A stretch of DNA of 64,000 nt from contig OZ024740.1 of the NCBI GenBank assembly GCA_964016885.1, positions 255,812,001 to 255,876,000 on the forward strand. Direction: 5' to 3'. Of the stretch, positions 13,368 through 25,722 are shown piece after piece. The translations under genes and the position numbers were made by a program. The number at the start of each line of letters is the position of its first letter. Position 1 is the first letter of the stretch. Under the pieces are notes generated by a model. The model worked only from the letters and a program-made list of their open reading frames with translations, did not search any database and had not been told where the DNA came from. The stretch is from Eledone cirrhosa (Eukaryota).

Positions 13368-14275
13368 AGGCAAGCATTTGTTTAAATTTGTACGCATGGA
13401 TTTTATTTTCGTGCGAACACAGGATCACATAGATGTGCGTTTATGTGTGTCTATATAATGTGTATTATCATATGTGTATATGCTTATGATTGTTAATGCT
13501 AGTGATTTTTTACGTTTCTGTGAGCATGAATGTGTGTATGTTTCGGTGTGTTTATTTCGCTTTATCACTCCTGACTCTGTTTTAGAGTATGTGCTTTTGT
13601 GTGTGTGCTCATGTAAATATGTATGTATACGTGTATGTGCATGTGTGCGCGTGTGTGTATGTGTGACATCACCATAGAAGTCAGTAAAAAAATGGTCGCT
13701 AAATAGATCGGCTTAATGTCAGCAGTACCCGGATGTAGGGATGAACGGATGGACGGATAGCTGAAGGGTAGGATTAGAAGACGCACGATTTCAGCTGTTA
13801 TGGAACTTCGAATTGGGGTGGTTGAGGAAGGTGGGGGTCGTGCGGTAATGATGTGAGGTAACTGTGTGGGGAAAATAGTTCTAGATTACACATACACCAC
13901 CCCACACACACATACACAGAGACATACATATACTCACACACACATACTATCTCTCTCACACACGCACACGCACAGAGCTACACAGACAAACACATATATA
14001 GATAGACAGACAGACACACATACACTCACGCAATCAGACAGACATACACAAGTATGTACGGGAACCAAACTTTCTTTTAGTCATGTGTAGTTAAAATTAC
14101 GACTAAGTTAAAGTTTTTTTTTTTATTAGCTTTTTCTCGATAAAAATGCAGATACAATGTGTAGTTGTGTGTCTGACTAGAAATAAAGATGGCTAGGTAG
14201 ATAGATCAATTAGATCGATAGACAGATCAAATGATAGAATTATAGGCTGATGAAGACATGGCCACAATGTCAAGC

Positions 14276-14310
<35 letters not shown>

Positions 14311-14486
14311 TTGTCATGCGCATGTATTGTTTTTTTGGCTGTAATTTATTTCCTCATTTTTTAATCAGTTTGAGTATTTCTTTAGAACTGCTGGACTAGC
14401 AACCTAACAGATACCTCAGGCACTGATGATGATTATCGCTAAATACTGATGTTGGTTAGATTATCAATATTAGTATTATTGGGGCA

Positions 14487-14613
14487 CCCACTGATGAATT
14501 ATAGGAGCCCACTTGAATATATATCTATTGATGGTATACAAGCTCCTACATAAATTGGTATAATTTCACCCAAATTGTAGGAATCCTATAATGAAACGAG
14601 ACGTCCGTCTGGG
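14487..14613 (+). ncRNA. Type I hammerhead ribozyme with greatly expanded stem II
   Basis: ccca-CTGATGA-attatagga[77 nt]tcctataat-GAAAC-g(agacgtc)c-GTC-tggg; lies in a ~480-bp non-coding island flanked by (TA)n on both sides. Confidence 0.8.
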
Positions 14614-14783
14614 AAGAGATATATTCGATATGTCTCATATGAAATAATACAGCCAATTTTCCATGCAATACAATAGTTAGCACCCCGAACGTTTAATTAG
14701 GAATATACTCACTTATTTCCTAATGTTTGTTGAGTGAGTTGGAATTTGGCCGGAGTATCGCTAAAAAGCTTTCTCCGATAATG

Positions 14784-14849
<66 letters not shown>

Positions 14850-14949
14850 TATAAAGTGATAGAATTATAGGTAGATAACTACACAGACAGACAGACAGAG
14901 ACAGACATACAGGCATACAAAACGACAGACAGGTAGAACGTTAGATATA

Positions 14950-17900
14950 TTGTTTTATTTGCTACAAGGGCGTTCAAGAAATCATTACAAGACGTGACGG
15001 TGGGGGTTTTATAAGTGATCGTGTAAACAAATTTATCAATTTAAATGAAAAATCGATATCCCATTGGGGGAGGGGGGGCATTACTTCGTGGTTGTTTTAC
15101 ACCACGTAGATAGAACAACCGTCCCTCACCACAAGAGCACGTTTTGCAAGTGCTCCCGTCCTCTTTCTTTTGTCTTCTTCAACGTACAGGTTGATATTCA
15201 TTTGATATTCATTTGATATTCATTTTCGCCACATTCACTCACCTTTCAGCGAATTTACTGGCGTGCAGCAGCTCTCACTCCACTCTCACCTTCCTTTTGA
15301 AGTAGTATCTAAAGAAGGGGATGAGTTGTTGTCCAGAGAGGAAGGTGTTCCCCTCAGTCCTTTCAGTCTCATCCACCATATCACTTCTTTCGCCATAGCC
15401 ACTAAACGGAGGAAAACTGCCTCTTCTTTGATGTTAGATGAAGGCTGCAGGGTAATCCTCATGATGGACTCGACTGACAACTGAATTTGTTCCACACGCG
15501 AAAGTAACTGTTCGACATAATTCCACAGGTTGGTAACACCGAATAAATGTGTGCAGAATGGTTTCGATGTTCTACGCGCATCTTGGACAGACCCTTTTGG
15601 CAAGATCGCTGTCCATGCCTGTATATTTTATCTCGAACTGGTAGAGCTTCTCGATAAAACTGCTAGGCCTGAGACCTCTGGAAGTTATCCATAGGCCCTG
15701 GACCTCCAAAATATACCAGCCAGTTCGGCCTCTTCAACGCCCAGAGTCTCCCTAAGAACGTCGTCGTACGTATCCACCAGTAATCCCCTATAGAATGTTG
15801 CCATGGAGTTTCCACTGATTACCGTGGCCGCCTGGTAGAGGACTATCTATGAGTGCCTGATTGCACTCTAGGTGCCAGACACCCATTTTCGGACTTCACT
15901 TGGCTCAGGACTGCAGCTCCGTTAGCGAAACTAGCTGTGGAAAAGCTTGTCTCAAGAACGACAACCATACCTGTTCACCGGTCAGGAATATCTGGAGATG
16001 GCGTAGACTCAGCGCGTGTTTGCGCATCATCAGTCACAGAATGTCCAGACCCTCACGAGGAGGGTGTTGGCAGCAGATGGATCTCTTCACCAATGAAGCC
16101 CGTCTCATCCACACAACCTGGAAGAGTAGACAAGGCACAACCATCAAGCGGTAGTTGATGTCGGACGCTATGTTAATCATCTCCTCTCGATTCTGGGTGA
16201 GCGCAAATACCTTTGCCGTGACCTCGTTCCAGTTTTTGTCCTCCTGGAGGTCTGGGCCAAACCTGACCCCGAGTAATTTCACCAGTCCTTCTGTCTAGCA
16301 TACAACGACGCTGTAGGGTGGCATGGCTTTGCCTCTCCATGCGCCGAGTTGCAAACTGACGAATTTGCTTGGATTTATTTTTGTTCCCGTCAATTTATTT
16401 ATTCCTGTAATAAATTGCCGATTACCCCGATTTCCTAGGTTTTCGACACCATTCCGTTCCCATTGTTGGTATAAGCCGACCCTACTTCTGCACTCCTGGA
16501 TCAAGCGAGATGCCCAACTTCCGCAGTAGTGGCTCGAGAGTCAGTACATACAGAAGGGAGGAGAGAGGGCAACCTTGACGGATAGAATGCGTGATTTGAA
16601 ATAGCTCCTATTGGAGCCATTTACCTTGACTACTGAGCAGATGCTGCTGTGCATGGCAGCGATCTAATCTCTGAAGACGGGACCGAAGCGGGCCGCCGTG
16701 AGCATCGCACCCAAGTATTGAAGGTCGACCCTATCAAACACTTTAGATTTATTTAAATTGATCAGAGCCCCACCGAAGTCAGGTTTACACCCTGCCCTCT
16801 CTATGATGTATCGCACGAGTGGAGGTTGTCGTGTATGGACATAGTCGTGATTGCACACGTTTGCGCTTCTCCTACCAGGTTCTTGACGACGAGTGCCAAC
16901 CTCGTTGCTAACACCTTGGCCAAAATTTTCAGCTCCCGTTCTACTAATAGTTAAAACTCATAGGGCAAACCATCCAAAGCAGGTGATTTGCATCTCCCAC
17001 AGTTGCCTAAGGCGTCATGTATTTCACCCGATGTAATCGGCCTTTCTCAGCACTCCGTATTCAAGAGTCGTAGTAGGCCGTGGTAGGCCGTCGAGGTAGG
17101 AACTGAAGTTCATCATCCCCTCCGACACAGCACCCTGCCAGAACAGTTGTGCAAAGTGCCCCTGGAAAGCCGTACACATCTGCTTGGATTCAAGTACCAC
17201 GCGTCCGTCTCAGTTTACTAAAGACCGAATTGTGACTTTGTTGCCACTTTTAACCTCTACCACTCGGGCCCAACTAACAGCTGTCGCTCCTTCGTTTCTC
17301 AAACCAGCTGTTTTGCATGACATTACAATATTCGTGTTTCGCATTCAAGAACTGGTCTAGTGCCATTCTCGCCGCTAGCACGTCAGTTGTACTACCATTC
17401 CTAAGAGCCTCTTCTACTTTGGTTACTAGTTCCATCTCTGTTTTATTCTTTTCTAAAGCTACTTCTTTGCTGAAGGCTATCAATTCTATTCTAATTGTTC
17501 TCTTGAAAGAGCATCACCACCTGTTGTTGACGATAGCCCCTGTCAACTTGCGTTTAACAAGTACTAATCCGTTTACTGTAGGCTTTACACGTGAGGAAAG
17601 ACATGTTTAGCTTCTAGTATCCGGGTCTCTGACTATGTGTTCTTTCTAACTCGACTATGCAGGTCACTAATTTGTGGTCTGAATAGGCGACCATGTGCAT
17701 TTGTGGACAGCTTATGGTATCCCTATCAGTTAATATAACTAGGAATCTATCTAAGTACGATCTAGACGACCCGTTGCGGTTACTCCACGCCCACAGTGGT
17801 GCATTTGGTAAATCTAGTCGATATCTATCAGCCAATTGGAATTTACTGGTTAGATTTTCGAGGCTATTACACCCCTCTCTGTTATCACATACCCCTACAT

Positions 17901-19845
17901 AGTGCCAACGTGCGTCCAAGATGCCATTTCAATCCCCTATAACAAACCCCTAAAGAAATCTGGCCGCGATGTCCCAGTCAGGGCATAGACCACCACCAGT
18001 CTGAAAGCTCCACTTTTACAACCATTCACGTCTAGGACCACCAACTTGCTCTCCAGGTCCCAGAAGATTGTACGTTTTCGAGATCCAGTTTTTTTCCGAA
18101 ACACGACAGCAACTTATGCTCCATCTCCTGGCTGACAAAGAGATGCGTGGATCTCGAAGTAAACGAATAGGGGGTTAGCTGCTGTATGTCGTGAATCCTG
18201 GACTCTCTGACGACTGTCACATCTATACAGTGTGACCTGAGATCATTTAGAAGTCGACCCTGTTTCCATGACGTCCCCAGACCACGTACATTTAAGCATC
18301 CTACTCGTAGATTCACCATGTCAGTAAGATGAGTTAGGAGAGAAAAAGGAACACGTACATTTTTGGCTCCTGGAGGCCGAGTTTCCCGATCTCCATGTCC
18401 AGTTTGTCAGGGTTGGGGGCATTTGGAGAGGAGGAATACTTTTAATAATACATAGGGGAGGGGATTGTGGCAGGGGTGTCCCACGTCATGTGGAAACTTT
18501 TGTTTTAAAGTTTGGTATCTTTCTGTGGTGACTCTTATCAGTTTCAGGTGACTGCTGTATTTTTGTGTACAAAGGTTTTCTCCTCTGTCTGGTGGCGTCC
18601 TTTTGAACAGTTTCTGTTAATTTTGTGTTTGTGGTTCTGATGTATGTGTCGTATGTTTTGTTTTTCAGGGGTTCTGTTTCTGTTTGTTGTTTGTGATTGT
18701 GGTATTGTTGGTATTTGTTTTGTTGAAGTTTTTGGTTGTGATGGTGTTGTTTGTGTTGTTGGTATGGTTGTCGTTTGTGGTGGGGTGTTTATGTTGGTTG
18801 TTGGTGTCTGCGTGTTCTCTGTGGGTGTTGTTGTTTTTGCGTTTTTCTTATGTCTTTTTTTTTTTGTCTCTTGCATTTTTGGGGTTCCTTTTCATCCTCG
18901 CTTGGAGATGTAGAGGTTCCCGTGACTGAGATGTCAGAATCAGAGGTAGATGGGGTATGTTGTGGGGTGGAGTATTTGTGCGGGTGTTTGGGGGAGTGTT
19001 CAACAGGGGGAGGGGGGTGTAAGGGTGAGTTTTTCAGAAGGATTTTCTGTGGATTGTTGTTTTTATTTTGTAGCAGTGTTGTAGATGTTGGGAGTTTTTG
19101 TTCTTTGTTTATTGGTGTTGTGTTCGAGTGTTGCTGTTGGGGTTTGGGTGTTGCCAGCAGCACCGTACTCGGTTTGGGTGTGTTTAAGAGCGGGAAAAAG
19201 GCTTTTAAGTGTGTGCTTTTCCCACACCTATGGCATTGGGACCTTTTCCGCTCCACCGAAACGGAAATGACACCCTCCTCAAGAGTAATTCTATCCAGAA
19301 TTTTTTCTACTCTCTCTGGCTACATTTGCACCAGGATTTCGAGGCATATTCCGAAACAGTTGTTCCTATTTGTTCTCGTTACAGGTAGGAGAGTGTCCTC
19401 TTCCTCCTTCAAAATGCAAAACAGGATCGACCAGATGTTCACCTCTGGCAGGATCCTGGCAATTTTTGATTTCATAAGTTCTTCTACCCACCTTTATTGG
19501 GACAACTGAATGTTCTGGGGGCAAGGGACTCGTTTTGAAGCGCACAGAGACACTCCCATATTGCTTAGCTCTCTGAAGGTGGGTCACATCCGGCATAAAA
19601 TCTTTTAAAGCGGTTTCAATTACATTTGTTGGAAGCATAATTGTTTTTTTTTTGTATCTAGAGAAAGAACTCTATAGATCAATTTTTTTCCTTTGAGTTG
19701 CAGCCCGCAATTCTGCTGCTATATCGATGTGGGTTGTATCCTTTTTAAAAGTTACATATTTAGCAGCCTGGGCCAAATATTGTGTCTTTTTAGAAATATC
19801 GATGGTAAAATACTTGCAACGGTTGTTGCAAAGTCTTGACATTAA

Positions 19846-19880
<35 letters not shown>

Positions 19881-20065
19881 TCAGTGGTTATCGTATTGTT
19901 CTTGCTGTTGGTGTTGTTGTTATTGTTGTTGCTCTTGCCCTTATTATTCGCACTATTCCTGTTATTGTTGTTTCTTTCGTTCATTGTATTGTTGTTGTTG
20001 AATTTTGTTATGCCTATTTTCATTTTGTAAGCCTGGGGTGTTCGTTTTGTCAGACCGGTTGTCAA
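14950..20065 (-). mobile_element. Near full-length degenerate L1/Tx1-clade LINE (ORF1 with poly-Asn and CCHC-like knuckle; ORF2 APE-RT)
   Basis: ORF1 pieces include an (AAC)n N-terminus and CHRCGKSTHLK; ORF2 starts at 18319 MVNLRVGCLNVRGL, with SYLDRF, SDHKLV, SKVFDRVD and a QGCPLSP-type RT region. Confidence 0.9.
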
Positions 20066-20374
20066 TATATATATATAGAGAGAGAGATTGATAGATAGAT
20101 AGATAGATAGACACTGTGTGTAGATATTGAATAGACAAATAGACTTAGGGATAGATAGATTCTATATGTAGATGATGACTGGTCAGATAAATAGACAGAA
20201 AATGAGAGAAGGGTAGACACTATGTTAATATGTTGACTTCCTCCCTATCGTTCTCCTCCTTTCCTCGAAGAAATCGGCTGTGATCATACCTGAAAAAGAG
20301 ATGGGCTCCACCAGGTATTAAAAGAATGCTCAAGAAACGCCGTATGCCTCTGCAGATCCCCGGATCGATACATA

Positions 20375-20530
20375 CATTGGGAAGCGGAGAAGGGATATAC
20401 TCGTTATAACGTCGGGTAAAATCCGTTGCAGCATTTGTCCCGGCTCTCTTAGCTTTGAGTTCAAATTCCAGTCGTGGTGAATTTTGCCTTTCCTGCTTTG
20501 AAAGTACCAATTTAGTACTGGGGTCGATTC
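20375..20530 (+). mobile_element. Degenerate SINE copy
   Basis: gagttcaaattcc...tgcctttcc...aagtacca similar to the other copies. Confidence 0.55.
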
Positions 20531-20589
20531 TTCGTCACTCCTTCTTTCTCACTTTCTCTCTCGTTATTTCCTTAGAAACGGTTGTGTTC

Positions 20590-20870
20590 AGTCTTGGTGA
20601 GGGTTGTCTCCACAAGGTTAAAAGTACTAAGACATGCCGTATACGAAGCTGCTCCATACATTAGCTCAGGATGGATGGATGAATTGTTGTTGAAAAGAAC
20701 AGCAACCGTTGTAGTAGCAGTGGTAAAGACGAAAAGAGTACAGCAGCACATAGGTGTTGTATTCTGGTGAAGGAAGCTTTGATTATGAATTGTACCTCGG
20801 AGATTTAAACAGCGAAGAGGCGAAGATTAATTTGCCAAACGTGGTCGTGCATGACGGGAAGAGATAAAAT
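20590..20870 (-). mobile_element. Possible CR1/L2-type LINE 3' fragment
   Basis: Minus strand gives a frameshifted IQHL...YHCYYNGCCS segment, reminiscent of L2/Crack C-termini; highly decayed. Confidence 0.3.
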
Positions 20871-21020
20871 ATATCCCGTACTCTTGTTTTATAAGGAAAG
20901 ATACGATAGGAACTCTGTAGGGTGGCCTGTATTGCATTTCACATGAATTCTTTCTACCCCCCACCCCCGCTCGCTGTATATATAATCAGGATTTAGCTTC
21001 ATGCATAGCTGTATACAGAT

Positions 21021-21320
21021 ATGTATTTAAATTTCGTATTTCTAAAGAAATACGGTATGTTTATAGGTAACCATTTAGAAAGCCGTAGTTATGCAAAACA
21101 CCGGAGATATCGCCCTCTGGTGGTGTCTAGCAGAAGCAATGGACACAACCGTCGATGTATTTCGAACTTAACTGGTACTCATCAAAACGATCCCTCCTAT
21201 TCTCGTGACTGTTGTATAAAGATATGTATTTGAATTTCGTATTTCTAAAGAAATGCGGTATGTTTATAGGTAACCATTTAGAAAGCCGTAGCTACGCAAA
21301 ACACCGGGGATATCGCCCTG
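21021..21320 (-). repeat. ~1.5 tandem copies of a 203-bp unit with a decayed hammerhead (21148-21191) and a CTCF-like motif
   Basis: atgtattt..tttcgtatttctaaagaaat recurs at 21021 and 21224; a homolog lies at 59340-59510. Confidence 0.8.
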
Positions 21321-21396
21321 ATATAAAACCAATGGTCTAGTATCTACTTCAAATCCTGTGATAGTAATAATTACGATATAACTCACAAAGGGAGAA

Positions 21397-21491
<95 letters not shown>

Positions 21492-22471
21492 CAACAATCA
21501 CCACCATATTGTCTTTTTTCTAAACCAGGAACTACATTATTCTTCAATATGTTTTTAAGATTTTAAGGAATTATTTAAGTAGTTTGGGACAGTTCATGAT
21601 GGTTCCGTTGATAATTCAATTTTGAAATGTCTCAATAGGCACGGGGCCTAGTATTGGACACACCGTTATAAGACCATGAGTTCGATCTTGGATCAATGGT
21701 GCGTTGTGTTCTTCAACAAAATATTTAACGCTGTTTCTTTTACCAGGTCTTGCGGCTGGCAGATAGTATCAGTAATGGGAAACATAGTTTCCGTGGTCCG
21801 ATATAGCGATTGATTTTACTTTTTTTTTTTTCAATTGGTAAAACGTCGAAGTCACTATCATTCTCCAAAAAATATATGTAGAATGTATTTTTTTGAAGAG
21901 GAGAGATGGGGAGCGAGGTAGAGATGAGAGAAAGGAGGAGAGAGGGAAAGAGAGGGGAGATAGGGAGAGAGAGGATGAGAGAGAGGGGTAGAGGGGAAAA
22001 GATGAGTGAGAGAGGAGAGAAAGAGAGAAGTATTTATGATTAATTGACTTGAATTGCCCCCATCATAAGGAGAGTTGGGAGAGCAGAAGAAAAATAAAAA
22101 GAAAAGAAGACAATATAATAGAAGAACAAGAAAAAGGTAGAAAAAGAAAGAAGAAAAAAAGAAAGTAGAATTGGACACCTAAAGGAAAAACAAACATCGA
22201 AAAAGAAGAAGGGGAGGAAAAAGAAGGAGACAAGGAAAGATAAAAGAAGAATCAAATTGACTGTCCAGTGATCATGTTAGAAAATAACCCCAACATCAGT
22301 ACAGAACTTCATCAAAGGATAATAAATGAGTTTAAGACCGAAATGTCACGACAGTATTGGTCACCATTTTGGATATGACAAATGTTTCTCGTGGCAAATT
22401 GCTGAGATATTTCAACAACACAACTAACTGTTATGAAACTATTTTACATTGATTGGAATATATTACAGACT

Positions 22472-22583
<112 letters not shown>

Positions 22584-22693
22584 CTATATATATATATATA
22601 TGCAAAAGTTCTATTTAAAATTGTTGGGATACAACAAGTAAATATTTTTATAACTGATATAAAGCACTCGACAAGTATTTGGAGTAGATATAC

Positions 22694-22947
22694 GATATTA
22701 ATAAATGGAAAGTATATTTATAAAACCATATTTATTTCATTATACATATTTCAGGGATACCAAATTAAATTATGGTATGCCTTCATCAGACAAAATACAA
22801 TATATAACAGTTTTACAAATAAGCTTTGACGTACTGTTATATATTCTATTTTGTCTGATGAAGGCATACCATAATTAAATTTGGTATCCCTGAAATATGT
22901 ATAATGAAATAAATATGGTTTTATAAATATAGTTTCCATTTATTAAT

Positions 22948-22950
<3 letters not shown>
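22694..22950. repeat. Fold-back element (~118-bp arms) with a hammerhead in each arm
   Basis: 22694-22811 is the reverse complement of 22833-22950; family members at 39247-39390 and 49995-50118. Confidence 0.9.
22847..22911 (+). ncRNA. Type I hammerhead ribozyme (mirror copy at 22733-22797, minus strand)
   Basis: tattttgt-CTGATGA-aggcatacca(taattaaatt)tggtatccct-GAAA-tatgta-TA-atgaaata. Confidence 0.8.
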
Positions 22951-23019
<69 letters not shown>

Positions 23020-23022
<3 letters not shown>

Positions 23023-24493
23023 GTAAAGAGGTAGGCTGTGTGGTTACTGAAACGAAGTGTAAGAAGGTAATAGGGACGTAAACAAGAGAAGAAAAGTTGC
23101 GCTTCCTCAGTTATTTACTACGGATCATAGATGTTTCGTCGTTTAAAACAGGACATCGATCCGTGGCGCGCCCGCGGCCTTTTATTCATTAAAAGGCCAC
23201 GAGGGAAAGAAGTGATAGTGAAGAGAGAGGAAGAAAAAGAAAAAAAATGGAAAGAGGAAAAAAGGATGTATAGTTATATTTGGAGAGGGTCATGTTATAA
23301 TATTGCCAGAAACATATAATAAAACACACTGTTTGGTTGGGGTTGGTTTTCGCTTCAGTATATGTTATATTTCCATAATTAATTCAGCTGGCAATCAATG
23401 TTAAATATATAGATATAAATATAGTTTTTCAGAGTTCTTTTGACACACACCTGTGACATCATCAGTGATATTATCATGTTTCCTCCCGTAGTATTGCTGT
23501 AATGTTTTCTTATTCTATTTTATTTATTTATTGTTCGTCTATCCTCTCTCATGTGTTACGGGTTGTCTCACCTATGTATGCCGTTGTCATTTTTCTGCTA
23601 TAGAACATCTTATGCTATAGACTACATTTCTAGTTATACAGTTTATTTGTGGATTTATTCTACATATAACACATTTCGTATTAGTACAGTGAGTTTTCTT
23701 AAAGGGGTAAGTTTTACTGATCAAGGACTTTATGGTAGTTCCTGGCTTTTCTACCACTTTAATCTTTGAATGGGTCTTTCTTAGGGCCTTTCTGAATTTG
23801 TTAGCTAGTTCACCGCCAGGGGTTGCATCCAGGAACAAGACATTCTGGTATCTCTGGTTGTCGTACGATGAAGTGGCTTTCCCTATCTTTTGTCTAGTTC
23901 TATTTATGCTATTCCATGATTTGCTCCCGTACAGTGGGAAAATCTCTTTCATGTCCACCTCTATGAGGGTCTTATATTTCTCCGTGGCTCTTTTGTATAC
24001 TCTGATTCCCTCTCTTTGGTTATAGCCATAGAACTGCATGCGGTTGAAGTGGATGTGTCTTTCCATTTCAGTTGGATCGCACAAGCGGACACATTCTTCA
24101 TCACTCTTACCAAGTCTGAGATCAGAATATTAAGCTTAGCACTATTGGACATCGCTGAGTTTTTGTGTATTATGTACTTCGAGGCCATGTGCTTAGCATA
24201 ATGTGAGTGGAGGATTTGGGTGTTCTCGTTTATAGTGTGTAACCAGAGTTCAGTGTCTAATACTGGTAGTCTATTGTTGGGGTGTTTGGAAGGGTAGTCG
24301 ATAGTTACTGTGATGTTCTGGTATATGGAGTTAACTATTTGATATTCTCCATGGTGTTAGCTTCTAATTCAGGTTTATTGGTACTCTCTTGTGGGGGTGT
24401 TCTTATTACTATATTAATGTCATCTACGTAATGAGAGTACATGATGATGGCTATGGAGTTCTCTGCTACGCATTCTCTGAGTCCCTTTTCCCA

Positions 24494-24500
<7 letters not shown>
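23020..24500 (-). mobile_element. Penelope-like element fragment, Neptune-like (RT C-terminal half, Cys-rich linker, start of GIY-YIG)
   Basis: YVDDINIV, DYPSKHPNNRLPVLD, LFLDATPGGELANKF, KVVEKPGTTIKSL, CTNTKCVIC...CITRNVVYSIRC; decayed hammerheads at 23418-23470 and ~23118-23165. Confidence 0.8.
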
Positions 24501-24527
<27 letters not shown>

Positions 24528-24880
24528 TGGGAAAGGAGACCCAGAGAGTGCCTAGCAGAGAACTCCATATATATGTATATATACTGGGAAAGGGGACTCA
24601 GAGAACACCTAGCAGAGAACTCCATGGCACTCATCATGTACTCTCGTTTCGTAGATATTGTAAAACTATATTAATTGAGAAATCAATGAACCATATTAAT
24701 CTTTGGTTATATATATATATATATATATATATATAACCAAAGATTAATATGGTTCATTGATTTCTCAATTAATATAGTTTTACAATAGATTAAAAGCACT
24801 CTACGAATAGAGAACTTTTCTGGAGTTATTAATATTATTCAGAATATTAATAAATGAAGACATTCACATAATCAAAATAT

Positions 24881-24950
24881 ATGTTTTATTATATATATTT
24901 CGAACGTACTGTGCTGTTTTTTCACTACGTCCTCGTCAGATAAAATACAT
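24881..24950 (-). ncRNA. Type I hammerhead in the PLE pLTR (decayed sense copy at 29090-29160)
   Basis: Minus: ttttat-CTGACGA-ggacgta(gtgaaaaaacagcacag)tacgttc-GAAA-tatata-TA-ataaaa. Confidence 0.8.
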
Positions 24951-25539
24951 GAATTGATGTCTTCATTTATTAATATTCTGAATAATATTAATAACTCCAG
25001 AAAACTTCTTTGTAGAGTTCTTTTAATCTATTGTAAAACTATATTCATTGAGTAATCAATGAACTATATTAATTTTGGTCATATTTAGCTCCCAGAAGGT
25101 AGAGCGCTTCTTCTGCAATAGATTATTAATAAATGATGGAATTCTTTAGGGTTTCTACATCTCTCAAAGATATACCTTTACCATCTAACGAAGAATACAG
25201 GAGAAAACGTATTGGACAAACTAACTCCTTCATAAGAAGAGTGCGGTGGCGTGCTTTTCATTTTTAAAAGAAAAATGAAACAAATAGGAAAAACACCAAC
25301 CATAATTTTGAGAATATTTTTAAATCTAGGAAAAATCCTTCGTACAACAAACTCTTGGAAAATTTCGAAAACGAAATTTTTAATATATTAAGGAATATAA
25401 AATTAAAAAAAAACCCCATATAGAGGCCAAGAATACCTTAGAGGTCTAAAGGAAAAAATTAATGACATAAAAAAGTAAATAAAATATTAGTGAGATCAGA
25501 CAAAACCAACAACCTATATGGGATAGAAAAAACAAATTA

Positions 25540-25722
25540 TAATTGTTTCTACATTTGGCGCAAGGCCAGCAATACCCAGTGCATTACTGGTACTTTATTT
25601 TATCGACCCCGTAAGGATGAAAGGCAAAGTTAACCTCGGCAGGATTTGAACTCAGAATGGCAAGGGCCGTAACTCTATGCGTCAAAGCATGGCGTCCGAC
25701 TCTCTACCGATACAGCCAATCC
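25540..25722 (-). mobile_element. SINE inserted in the PLE ORF
   Basis: Reverse complement of the 12658-type SINE. Confidence 0.9.

Noticed and set aside
14420-14455. C/D-box snoRNA or second hammerhead (ctgatgatg...ctga)
   Set aside because: Boxes are too close together, there is no terminal stem, and no stem II-GAAA follows
18644-19509. Cys/Val-rich plus-strand ORFs; similar antisense ORFs at 32219-32956, 35874-36398, 40582-41200 and 52935-53585
   Set aside because: They are antisense shadows of transposon coding or low-complexity sequence
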